DNA of 32,000 nucleotides from Gammaproteobacteria bacterium (GTDB lineage Bacteria; Pseudomonadota; Gammaproteobacteria; JBIOEC01): NCBI GenBank assembly GCA_965279305.1, contig OZ257143.1, positions 1,140,001 to 1,172,000 of the forward strand, read 5' to 3'. Shown piece by piece: positions 23,926 to 32,000 of this stretch (position 1 is its first letter; each line of letters starts with the position of its first letter). The notes under the pieces were generated by a model. It saw only the letters and a program-made list of their open reading frames with translations, ran no database searches and was not told where the DNA came from. The position numbers and the translations under genes were made by a program.

Positions 23926-25446
23926 GTGTCATTAGATCCTAAGCAGCGCACTCAAGAACTATCTACCCTGTTAGGGGATTACCATTTGGCTCATCATGCT
24001 GAATTGGCTTTGCCTATCACTGGTTTGGCTACCGATAGCCGAACCCTTAAAAAAGGCGAGCTTTTTTTAGCCTATCCTGGTGAAAGCAGCGATGGCAGAC
24101 ATTATATTGCTGATGCTATTTCAAAAGAGGCCAGCGCTGTTTTATATGAGCCTTCTTATCAAACCACTGAACACACTACTTCAGTTCCTTTAATTCCGTT
24201 TCCACAGCTGCGCGATCAAATTGGTGCTTTGGCGGCTAGGTGGTTTGATTATCCTACCCGTCATATGGATATTTATGGAATTACAGGCACTAATGGAAAA
24301 ACGTCGTGCTCTCATTATTTAGCACAAGCTTTAGCTTTATTAAAAAAACGCTGTGCGGTATTAGGCACTATTGGTGCTGGATTTCCTGAAGATTTAGTGA
24401 GTAGTGCATTAACCACGCCCTGTGCCTTAGAAGTGCAGAGTTTGGCAGCAGAGTTGTTACATAAAGGCGCTGATTCTTTAGCCATGGAAGTATCTTCGCA
24501 CGCCTTAATTCAAGGCCGTGTGAATAGTGTTTCTTTTAAAACTGCTATTTTTACTAATTTAACTCAAGATCATTTAGATTATCATCGCACGATGGAAGCC
24601 TATGGTGCTGCTAAAGCGCAGCTTTTTTATTGGTCTAGTTTACAGAATGCTATTATTAATGTGGATGATGCTTTTGGTTTAGCATTATTTAATCAGCTAA
24701 AATCTCAACAAGGGATCAATGTATTTGCCTATGGTATTGCTTCTGAGCATGAGATCCCTGCGGAACAATGGGTAAGAGCTGACATAATAAAAGAAGATAA
24801 AAATGGCTTACAAGCTAAACTATATACGCCATGGGGTGATGGATTATTGTCTATTCCGCTTTTAGGAAAATTTAATTTATATAATGTATTAGCGGTATTG
24901 TCTGCTTTATTAGCAGATAAAAATTTAGCTGTGGATTTAAAAAAATTATTAAAGATTACTCCTTTATTAAAACCAGTTCCAGGACGTATGCAGTGTTTTG
25001 GTGGTGGAGATAAACCTTTGGTGATAGTGGATTACGCGCATACACCCGATGCTTTAAAAAAGGTGCTCTTAACCTTGCGTGATTATCATGCAGATCAATT
25101 ATGGTGTGTATTTGGCTGTGGTGGCGATAGAGATCCGGCTAAGCGCCCTATCATGGGGCAGATTGCGGCTGAATATAGCGATAAGGTGATAGTGACGAAT
25201 GATAATCCTAGAACAGAAGATCCTAAAAAAATTGTGCACCATATTATGCAAGGCATATCTTCTGGTAAGTCTGTCGAGGTAGAATATGACCGAAAACAGG
25301 CCATTATGGAAACAGTGAAAAAAGCGAAGGCCGGAGATGTGGTGTTGGTGGCAGGGAAGGGGCATGAGGATTATCAGATTTTGGGTGAGGAAAGGGTGCA
25401 TTTTTCTGATGCGGAGATCGTGAAACAATCACTGGGCTTGGTGTGA
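23926..25446 (+). CDS. murE: UDP-N-acetylmuramoyl-L-alanyl-D-glutamate--2,6-diaminopimelate ligase MurE
   Basis: 506 aa with a GTG start, Mur ligase P-loop GITGTNGKTS and the DNPR motif (TNDNPRTEDP). The last three codons and the stop lie inside hairpin element copy B. Confidence 0.93.
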   Translation: MSLDPKQRTQELSTLLGDYHLAHHAELALPITGLATDSRTLKKGELFLAYPGESSDGRHYIADAISKEASAVLYEPSYQTTEHTTSVPLIPFPQLRDQIGALAARWFDYPTRHMDIYGITGTNGKTSCSHYLAQALALLKKRCAVLGTIGAGFPEDLVSSALTTPCALEVQSLAAELLHKGADSLAMEVSSHALIQGRVNSVSFKTAIFTNLTQDHLDYHRTMEAYGAAKAQLFYWSSLQNAIINVDDAFGLALFNQLKSQQGINVFAYGIASEHEIPAEQWVRADIIKEDKNGLQAKLYTPWGDGLLSIPLLGKFNLYNVLAVLSALLADKNLAVDLKKLLKITPLLKPVPGRMQCFGGGDKPLVIVDYAHTPDALKKVLLTLRDYHADQLWCVFGCGGDRDPAKRPIMGQIAAEYSDKVIVTNDNPRTEDPKKIVHHIMQGISSGKSVEVEYDRKQAIMETVKKAKAGDVVLVAGKGHEDYQILGEERVHFSDAEIVKQSLGLV

Positions 25447-25547
25447 AGGTATGTGTTTAGGCAAGACGCCGTGAATACATCCTTGTAGGCTCGGACGCGG
25501 CATCCCTGCCGCGTACGCTTGCCTAAATACATACCTTCACACCAAGC
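25436..25547. repeat. Long-hairpin repeat element, copy B (30-nt near-perfect inverted arms around a 52-nt core)
   Basis: 25436-25465 (GCTTGGTGTGAAGGTATGTGTTTAGGCAAG) pairs with 25518-25547 (CTTGCCTAAATACATACCTTCACACCAAGC), with a single G-T position. It fills most of an atypical 154-bp murE-murF spacer. Confidence 0.85.
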
Positions 25548-25600
25548 TTGCCATAAATTAATTTCACCTCACCTTTTTGAGGGGAGTGTAGGAGAAGGGA

Positions 25601-26935
25601 ATGTATAAACTTAAAGAGATTTGTGCGGTGATAAAAGGCATATTGCTAGGTGAGGATGTAACGTTTACTGGTGTAAGCACCGATACTCGTACGATTAATC
25701 CTGGTGATTTATTTGTTGCACTAGTGGGCGAAAAATTTGATGCTCATGATTTTTTAGAACAAGCGCGTGAAAAAGGTGCTGTTGCTGCGTTGATTAGCCG
25801 TGATGTGAAAACAACATTACCTTGTATCAAAGTGGACGATACGTTAAATGCTTTAGGCGAATTGGCTGCGTGGCATAGACATAAGTTTTCTATTCCCGTC
25901 ATTGGTTTAACAGGCAGCTGCGGAAAAACTACCACTAAAAATTTAATTGCTTCTATTTTAAATGAAGTGGGATCTACTTTATCTAGCGCTGGTAATTTAA
26001 ATAATATGATTGGTATGCCGCTAACGTTAATGAAATTAACTCATAGCGATCAATTTGCGGTGATAGAAATGGGTGCTGATCACGTAGGTGAAATTGATTA
26101 TTTATCTAAAATTTCTAGGCCTACTGTTGCACTGATCACTTGTGTACGTCCTGTGCATGTAGAAACGTTTGGTGGTGTTGAAAATATTGCTAAAGGAAAG
26201 GGCGAGATATATAAAAATTTGGCAACAGATGGTGTTGCAATTATTAATGAAGATGAGCCTTATGCTAAGCAGTGGCGTGATTTATTATCTACACAATCTA
26301 TTCTTACTTTTGGGTTACAAAGTGGCCATATTACTCCCAAAAATATTCACACCAATTCTGATGGATTAATGAGTTTTTCATTATGTGTTGGCGAAGATGA
26401 ATTTCCTGTGAGTTTACAATTGTTAGGTGAACATAATGTATTAAATGCGTTAGCAGCGTCTGCTGCGGCGATTGCTGTAGGTGTACCTATGCATGCAATA
26501 CAAGCAGGTTTAATGAATGCAGAACCTGAGAAAGGTCGTCTGATGAGAAAGCGTGGATATCATGGCGCGTTGATATTAGACGATCACTATAATTCAAATC
26601 CTGCTGCATTGCAGGCTGCCTTATCTATTTTGGCCGGATTTGAGGGTGAAAAAATTGCGATTTTAGGTGACATGTTAGCTTTGGGAGACATGGCACATGA
26701 GCAGCATGAATTAGTAGCCGCATGGCTTGAAGATGCGGAAGTGGATTACTTTTTTGCTTATGGTGATTTAATGAAAGAAGCTGTTAAAGCGTTTGGTAAA
26801 AATGCACAGCATTTTACTTCGTATGAACTATTGGCAGAAGCAGTACGTCCTTTATTAACGTCACAAACGACCGTTTTAGTAAAAGGATCTCGTGGAATGA
26901 AGTTAGAAAATGTGGTTTCACGACTAATGGAATAA
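25601..26935 (+). CDS. murF: UDP-N-acetylmuramoyl-tripeptide--D-alanyl-D-alanine ligase MurF
   Basis: 444 aa with P-loop GLTGSCGKTTTK. SD GGAGAAGGGA precedes the ATG. Confidence 0.92.
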   Translation: MYKLKEICAVIKGILLGEDVTFTGVSTDTRTINPGDLFVALVGEKFDAHDFLEQAREKGAVAALISRDVKTTLPCIKVDDTLNALGELAAWHRHKFSIPVIGLTGSCGKTTTKNLIASILNEVGSTLSSAGNLNNMIGMPLTLMKLTHSDQFAVIEMGADHVGEIDYLSKISRPTVALITCVRPVHVETFGGVENIAKGKGEIYKNLATDGVAIINEDEPYAKQWRDLLSTQSILTFGLQSGHITPKNIHTNSDGLMSFSLCVGEDEFPVSLQLLGEHNVLNALAASAAAIAVGVPMHAIQAGLMNAEPEKGRLMRKRGYHGALILDDHYNSNPAALQAALSILAGFEGEKIAILGDMLALGDMAHEQHELVAAWLEDAEVDYFFAYGDLMKEAVKAFGKNAQHFTSYELLAEAVRPLLTSQTTVLVKGSRGMKLENVVSRLME

Positions 26936-26961
26936 ATTTAATTTAAAAAAAGGAATGAATT

Positions 26962-28044
26962 ATGTTTTATTGGCTTACATCATTCTTAACCGAATGGTTT
27001 TCAGGATTTAATGCTTTTCATTATATTACTACTCGTTCAATCATGAGCGCATTAACTGCTTTGGTTATTTCATTAATGATTGGCCCTTTGATGATCCGCA
27101 AGTTACGAAAATATAAAGTAGGTCAAACGGTACGTACGGATGGTCCTCAAAGTCATTTGAGTAAAAGCGGTACGCCAACCATGGGTGGTTTACTTATTTT
27201 AATCGCAGTGACTTTGTCTGTTTTATTATGGGCTGATTTAAATAACCCATATGTCTGGGTGGTTTTATTGGTAACGGTTTCGTTTGGTGTGATTGGTTGG
27301 GTAGATGATTATCGTAAATTAGTATTAAAAAATTCTAAAGGATTATCGGCGCGATGGAAGTATTTGTGGCAGTCGGTAATTGCAATAGCTGCTGCGCTTT
27401 ATTTATATTCTCATGCGCAATCGCCTGCTGATACCAGTATTGTTATTCCTTTCTTTAAAGATATGTTACTTCCTTTAGGTGTTTTTTATATTGTTTTTAC
27501 TTATTTTGTGATTGTGGGCAGTAGTAATGCCGTGAATTTAACGGATGGATTAGATGGTTTAGCTATTTTGCCTACGGTATTGGTGGCAGCCGCATTAGGT
27601 GTGTTTTGTTATGCCTCAGGCCATGCTGAGTTTTCTCGTTATTTATCTATTCCTACTATTCCTATGGTAGGCGAAGTGGCAGTAGTGTGTGCGGCGATGG
27701 TGGGATCGGGTTTAGGATTTTTGTGGTTTAACACGTATCCTGCACAAGTTTTTATGGGAGATATTGGTTCTTTAGCATTGGGTGCAGCCTTAGGTGTGAT
27801 TGCAGTGCTGGTACGCCAAGAGTTGGTTTTATTTATTATGGGCGGTGTTTTTGTGATGGAGACTTTGTCTGTGGTGTTGCAAGTGGCTTCGTTTAAGATG
27901 ACAGGTAAGCGTATTTTTAAGATGGCGCCCTTGCATCATCATTTTGAGTTGAAGGGGTGGCCTGAGCCGAGAGTGATTGTGAGGTTTTGGATTGTGACGG
28001 TTGTGTTGGTGCTGATCGGTTTGGCTACTTTGAAGTTACGATAA
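26962..28044 (+). CDS. mraY: Phospho-N-acetylmuramoyl-pentapeptide transferase MraY
   Basis: 360 aa and polytopic, with [23 protein letters not shown] and APLHHHFE motifs. Confidence 0.95.
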   Translation: MFYWLTSFLTEWFSGFNAFHYITTRSIMSALTALVISLMIGPLMIRKLRKYKVGQTVRTDGPQSHLSKSGTPTMGGLLILIAVTLSVLLWADLNNPYVWVVLLVTVSFGVIGWVDDYRKLVLKNSKGLSARWKYLWQSVIAIAAALYLYSHAQSPADTSIVIPFFKDMLLPLGVFYIVFTYFVIVGSSNAVNLTDGLDGLAILPTVLVAAALGVFCYASGHAEFSRYLSIPTIPMVGEVAVVCAAMVGSGLGFLWFNTYPAQVFMGDIGSLALGAALGVIAVLVRQELVLFIMGGVFVMETLSVVLQVASFKMTGKRIFKMAPLHHHFELKGWPEPRVIVRFWIVTVVLVLIGLATLKLR

Positions 28045-28059
28045 TACGAGGTAGATAAG

Positions 28060-29391
28060 ATGAATGTGGTGGTTTTGGGATTGGGGATTACGGGGATGTC
28101 GTGTGTGCGTTTTTTTGTGCGCATGGGATATAACGTGCGTGTGGCTGATACACGTTATGATCCACCTCAATTAGAAGCATTAAAAGAGTTATTTCCAGAT
28201 GTTCCTGTTTCTTTAGGTACCTTGCCTGAAGACTGGCTATTAAAAGCCGATCAAATTATTGTTAGCCCTGGTTTAAGTATTTTAACTCCCGCTATTCAAA
28301 AAGCGAAAGAAGCAGGTGTTTTAATTCGAGGTGATATTGATGTGTTTGCCGAATATGCAAAAGCACCTATTGTGGGAATTACGGGATCGAATGGGAAAGG
28401 AACGGTTACCACCTGGTTAGGGGATATGGGTGAAGCGGCTGGATTTAATTTTTTAGTCTGTGGAAATATTGGTGTGTGTGTTTTAGATTTGTTGGAACAA
28501 GCTACGCCTGATGCGTATATAGTTGAATTATCTAGTTTTCAATTAGAAACCACCTATCATTTAAAATTAAAATCTGCGACTATTTTAAATATTTCACCTG
28601 ATCATTTAGATCGTTATGCTGATATGACTGCTTATACATTGGCAAAGCAAAGAATTTATCGTGATTGTGATACCGCTGTTTTTTATAGAGCACAACCTGA
28701 TACAGCGCCTATCAATGAAGTTCCGCATATCACGAGTTTCGGTTTAGATGCGCCTGCAAAAGGCCACTATGGGATTATTCATTCAGAAGAAAGAGAGTGG
28801 CTAACGTTTGGAGATGAGTTATTATTTCCAGCTGATCAATTAAAATTAAAAGGTAAGCATAATCAATTAAACGCATTAGCGGCTTTAGCATTAGGTCATG
28901 CAATAGGCTTAACGTGGGAAGCGATGACGGCTACTTTTACACGTTTTGCAGGATTGTCACATCGATGCGAGTTTGTTTTAAAAGCTCGTGAAGTAGAATG
29001 GGTAGATGATTCTAAAGGCACTAATGTGGGTGCTACGTTGGCGGCTGTTGAAGGTTTGGCTCCTACGATAAAAGGTAAATTGATTATGATTATGGGTGGT
29101 GATGGAAAGGGCGCTGATTTTTCACCTTTGCTGGAACCCTTAAAGCAGTATGCACGAGATATTATTGTATTAGGGCAAGATGCGGATAAACTACAAGCTT
29201 TGCTATCCCCTGTATTACCTGTGCATCATGTAATTAGTTTGAAGGAAGCAGTGGAAAAAAGTGCAGAATTAGCCCATCCTCATGATATGGTATTATTATC
29301 GCCGGCTTGCTCTAGCTTAGATATGTTTAAAAACTATGAGGAGCGGGGGGCGTTGTTTGCTGAGTACGTCAGGGAATTGACATCCTTTTGA
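28060..29391 (+). CDS. murD: UDP-N-acetylmuramoylalanine--D-glutamate ligase MurD
   Basis: 443 aa with an N-terminal Rossmann-like VVLGLGITGMS and P-loop GITGSNGKGT. Confidence 0.92.
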   Translation: MNVVVLGLGITGMSCVRFFVRMGYNVRVADTRYDPPQLEALKELFPDVPVSLGTLPEDWLLKADQIIVSPGLSILTPAIQKAKEAGVLIRGDIDVFAEYAKAPIVGITGSNGKGTVTTWLGDMGEAAGFNFLVCGNIGVCVLDLLEQATPDAYIVELSSFQLETTYHLKLKSATILNISPDHLDRYADMTAYTLAKQRIYRDCDTAVFYRAQPDTAPINEVPHITSFGLDAPAKGHYGIIHSEEREWLTFGDELLFPADQLKLKGKHNQLNALAALALGHAIGLTWEAMTATFTRFAGLSHRCEFVLKAREVEWVDDSKGTNVGATLAAVEGLAPTIKGKLIMIMGGDGKGADFSPLLEPLKQYARDIIVLGQDADKLQALLSPVLPVHHVISLKEAVEKSAELAHPHDMVLLSPACSSLDMFKNYEERGALFAEYVRELTSF

Positions 29392-29412
29392 AAAATAATT
29401 AAAGGTATAAGC

Positions 29413-30555
29413 ATGGAAAAAGCCTACCGGAATCCGCTGTCATTTGATTCTGTTTTTATTAGCGGAATTGTTGTGCTGCTATGCCTAGGTTTAGTGATGG
29501 TGGCCTCTGCTTCTATTGCTATGGCTGAGCGAGAATTTGGCCAACCTTTTTATTATTTACAACGCCAAGCTTTATTTGCCACTTTAGGTATTTCCTGTGC
29601 CTGGGTTATCACACGTATTCCTTTAGAATTACTTGAGAAAAGTGCTAGACCATTATTACTCGTGGGTTTTTTATTATTGGTTATTGTATTAATTCCAGGT
29701 ATTGGCCATTCGGTAAATGGTGCAAGACGTTGGCTCTCATTAGGTGCATTTTCTTTTCAAGTATCAGAATTTATCAAATTAGTCATGATTATTTACATGT
29801 CTAGTTATTTAGTACGTTATGCCGATCAAGTTCAAAACCATTTTATGGGCTTTGTAAAACCCATGATGGTACTTTGTTTAGCCGCTTTTTTATTATTATT
29901 AGAGCCGGATTTTGGCTCTGTGGTGATTGTGTTTTCTACCTGTTTGGGTTTGTTGTTTTTAGGTGGTGTCAAATTCCGTCATTTTTTATTACTTTTAACT
30001 TTAGTAGGAATAGGCCTTGCCTTATTAATTGTGGTTGCGCCTTATCGTATGCAGCGTTTAACCAGTTTTATTGATCCTTGGTCTGATCAATTTAATACAG
30101 GCTACCAATTAACGCAGGCCTTAATTGCATTTGGAAGAGGTGAATGGTTTGGTGCAGGATTAGGCCAAAGTGTTCAAAAATTATTTTATTTGCCTGAAGC
30201 GCATACCGATTTTATTTTTGCCGTGTTTTCTGAAGAATGTGGCTTAATTGGCGGATTTATTTTTCTTTTAATTTATTGCTTAGTGTTAGCTAGAGCGTTT
30301 TTAATTGCCAGAACAGCCCATCATCAACAGCAATGGTTTGCCGCTTATTTAGCGTATGGGATCACTTTATGGTTAGCATTACAAGCTTTAATCAGTATTG
30401 GGGTAAATATAGGTATTTTACCTACAAAGGGGTTAACCTTACCTTTTATTAGTTATGGTGGCAGTAGTTTATTAATGACATTAATTGCAGTCGGCTTGTT
30501 ATTACGCGTACAAATTGAAGTAGGTTTACCTGTTAAAGCGAAAAGGAAGAAGTGA
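29413..30555 (+). CDS. ftsW: SEDS-family peptidoglycan polymerase / lipid II flippase FtsW
   Basis: 380 aa and polytopic, with LPEAHTDFIFAV and PTKGLTLPFISYGGSS motifs. Confidence 0.92.
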   Translation: MEKAYRNPLSFDSVFISGIVVLLCLGLVMVASASIAMAEREFGQPFYYLQRQALFATLGISCAWVITRIPLELLEKSARPLLLVGFLLLVIVLIPGIGHSVNGARRWLSLGAFSFQVSEFIKLVMIIYMSSYLVRYADQVQNHFMGFVKPMMVLCLAAFLLLLEPDFGSVVIVFSTCLGLLFLGGVKFRHFLLLLTLVGIGLALLIVVAPYRMQRLTSFIDPWSDQFNTGYQLTQALIAFGRGEWFGAGLGQSVQKLFYLPEAHTDFIFAVFSEECGLIGGFIFLLIYCLVLARAFLIARTAHHQQQWFAAYLAYGITLWLALQALISIGVNIGILPTKGLTLPFISYGGSSLLMTLIAVGLLLRVQIEVGLPVKAKRKK

Positions 30556-31649
30556 TGAACACCTTAAAAAAAGTATTAATGGTAGCAGGTGGAACGGGTG
30601 GACATGTATTTCCTGCATTAGTGGTAGCACAAGCATTACAAGAAAAAAACGTTGAAGTGCAATGGCTAGGTACACCCACCGGTATTGAAGCTGAAAGAAT
30701 TCCAGCAGCCGGTATTCCGATCACTTTTATTAAAATAAAAGGGTTACGCGGAATGGGATGGCGTCGTTTAATTCGTGCTCCTTTTGATATTATCAAAGCA
30801 ATTTGGGTAGCCTATGGTTTATTACGTTCATTCAAACCGGATGTGGTTTGTGCTATGGGTGGTTTTGCTGCAGGTCCTGCTGGTGTTGCTTGTTTATTAA
30901 CAGGAACGCCTTTAGTGATCCAAGAGCAAAATGCGATTGCAGGATTTACTAATCGTATTTTATCGCTATGGGCTAAAAGAACTTTATTAGGATTACCTCT
31001 GAATACAACAGGTGGTCACTCTGAATTACGCGATGGCGTATTAATAGGCAATCCGTTACGACCTGCTTTATATCACACACCCGTTCCAAGTGAGCGTTTT
31101 TCAGGCAGAACAGGTGCTCTTCGTGTTTTAGTCCTAGGCGGTAGTCAGGGGGCGTTTGCTTTAAATAAATTAATTCCCCAAGCATTTGAAAAAATAAATA
31201 GTGATTTTGACATAAGGCACCAGGTTGGGCCTAAGCATTTGGAGAGTGCGCAAGCAGCATATCAAGAATGTTCCGTAAAAGCTAAACTCGTTACATTTAT
31301 TGAAGATATGGCTGAGGCTTATTCTTGGGCGGATCTGGTGATTTGCCGCTCGGGTGCGCTTACGGTTTCTGAATTATCCGCCGTAGGAGTGGCTTCATTG
31401 CTGATCCCATTTCCAGCTGCGATTGATGACCATCAAACGTATAATGGCCTCTACTTGGCCAATAGAGGCGCTGCTTTATTGCTACCTCAAGCCTCTTTAA
31501 CGCCTGCCGTATTGGCAGAGCATATAAAGCGTTTAGGTAATGATCGCAAAACCTTATTGGAAATGGCAGAAAAAGCCAGAGCAGGGGCTTATCCCCGCGC
31601 TACTGAATTGGTTATTAAAGAATTAGAGAGTGTACATGAACATAAGTAA
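30552..31649 (+). CDS. murG: UDP-N-acetylglucosamine--N-acetylmuramyl-(pentapeptide) pyrophosphoryl-undecaprenol GlcNAc transferase MurG
   Basis: 365 aa with the [12 protein letters not shown] glycine loop. 4-nt overlap with ftsW. Confidence 0.93.
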   Translation: MMNTLKKVLMVAGGTGGHVFPALVVAQALQEKNVEVQWLGTPTGIEAERIPAAGIPITFIKIKGLRGMGWRRLIRAPFDIIKAIWVAYGLLRSFKPDVVCAMGGFAAGPAGVACLLTGTPLVIQEQNAIAGFTNRILSLWAKRTLLGLPLNTTGGHSELRDGVLIGNPLRPALYHTPVPSERFSGRTGALRVLVLGGSQGAFALNKLIPQAFEKINSDFDIRHQVGPKHLESAQAAYQECSVKAKLVTFIEDMAEAYSWADLVICRSGALTVSELSAVGVASLLIPFPAAIDDHQTYNGLYLANRGAALLLPQASLTPAVLAEHIKRLGNDRKTLLEMAEKARAGAYPRATELVIKELESVHEHK

Positions 31650-32000
31650 AAATCCTTTGCATACAATGAGACGTACCCGGCATATTCACTTTGTGGGTAT
31701 TGGTGGTGCAGGTATGAGTGGCATAGCAGAAGTGCTACTTAACCAAGGTTACACCGTAACGGGCTCTGATTTAAACAGCAGCAACTCGACACAGCGTTTA
31801 CAAAAATTAGGTGCCAGTATTATGCGTGGTCACCATGCTGATAATATTATTGGTGCTGATGTGGTCGTTATTTCTAGTGCCATTCCAGAAAATAATTTAG
31901 AAGTGCTTGCAGCAAAGCTTGCACATATTCCTGTGGTTCCCCGTGCAGAAATGTTAGGCGAATTAATGCGTTTTCGTTATGGAATTGCTATTTCAGGTAC
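31636..32000 (+). CDS. murC: UDP-N-acetylmuramate--L-alanine ligase MurC (N-terminal part; runs off the right edge)
   Basis: Absent from the ORF track because it is open at the edge. My translation from the ATG at 31636 reads [45 protein letters not shown]. An alternative start at 31666 is possible. It overlaps the murG stop. Confidence 0.88.
   Translation, partial: MNISKNPLHTMRRTRHIHFVGIGGAGMSGIAEVLLNQGYTVTGSDLNSSNSTQRLQKLGASIMRGHHADNIIGADVVVISSAIPENNLEVLAAKLAHIPVVPRAEMLGELMRFRYGIAISG

Noticed and set aside
17431-31185. Short ORFs antisense or out of frame within cls, mraZ/rsmH, ftsI, murE, murF, mraY, ftsW and murG (17431-17721, 20191-20409, 20553-20954, 22860-23117, 25095-25428, 25744-25935, 26169-26369, 27939-28124, 29874-30074, 30533-30796, 30973-31185)
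   Set aside because: Each is embedded in a confidently identified housekeeping gene, and none has a recognisable motif or translation signals.
1-32000. The whole T4BSS block considered as an integrative conjugative element or genomic island
   Set aside because: No integrase, relaxase, tRNA attachment site, flanking direct repeats or IS elements are visible in the window. Composition looks similar to the adjacent dcw genes by eye. This cannot be excluded without the sequence to the left of base 1.
1-32000. CRISPR arrays, tRNA/rRNA genes, transposases and toxin-antitoxin pairs
   Set aside because: I looked for regularly spaced repeats, cloverleaf-like conserved tRNA motifs and small paired ORFs outside the T4BSS operon. 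None was found apart from the repeats reported above.

Overview
This is a moderately AT-rich gammaproteobacterial chromosome segment, and the protein similarities point to a Legionellales-like intracellular bacterium. Bases 1-15850 hold a compact Dot/Icm type IVB secretion (T4BSS) locus. icmP/dotM (partial, found by my own translation and absent from the ORF track) and icmS lie on the minus strand. A single plus-strand run follows: dotD-dotC-dotB-[two unassigned small acidic ORFs]-icmT-icmL-icmK-icmE-icmG-icmC-icmD-icmJ-icmB-[unassigned lipoprotein]-[OmpA-like, DotK-like protein]. Bases 15814-20049 carry housekeeping genes (rhomboid protease, tag, cls, ttcA) and one orphan gene with a perfect 36-bp tandem duplication. 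Bases 20218-32000 are a canonical dcw cell-wall/division cluster (mraZ-rsmH-ftsL-ftsI-murE-murF-mraY-murD-ftsW-murG-murC') with a recognisable Pmra promoter and phased GTGG MraZ-type boxes. The points most worth a second look are these. (1) The T4BSS gene order follows IncI-plasmid tra order rather than the Legionella two-region layout. (2) Three unassigned ORFs are embedded in the T4BSS operon. (3) Several core components have atypical architecture: short repeat-less DotG, hyperacidic N-terminal extension on DotF, C-terminally short DotB, and a DotK-like protein with a Lys/His-rich tail. (4) Two diverged copies of a ~115-nt long-hairpin element share a conserved apical core and have covarying stems; one of them sits inside the dcw operon and supplies the murE stop codon. 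I saw no tRNA, rRNA, CRISPR array, transposase or integrase. All homology statements come from motif recognition and memory of family sequences, not from searches.
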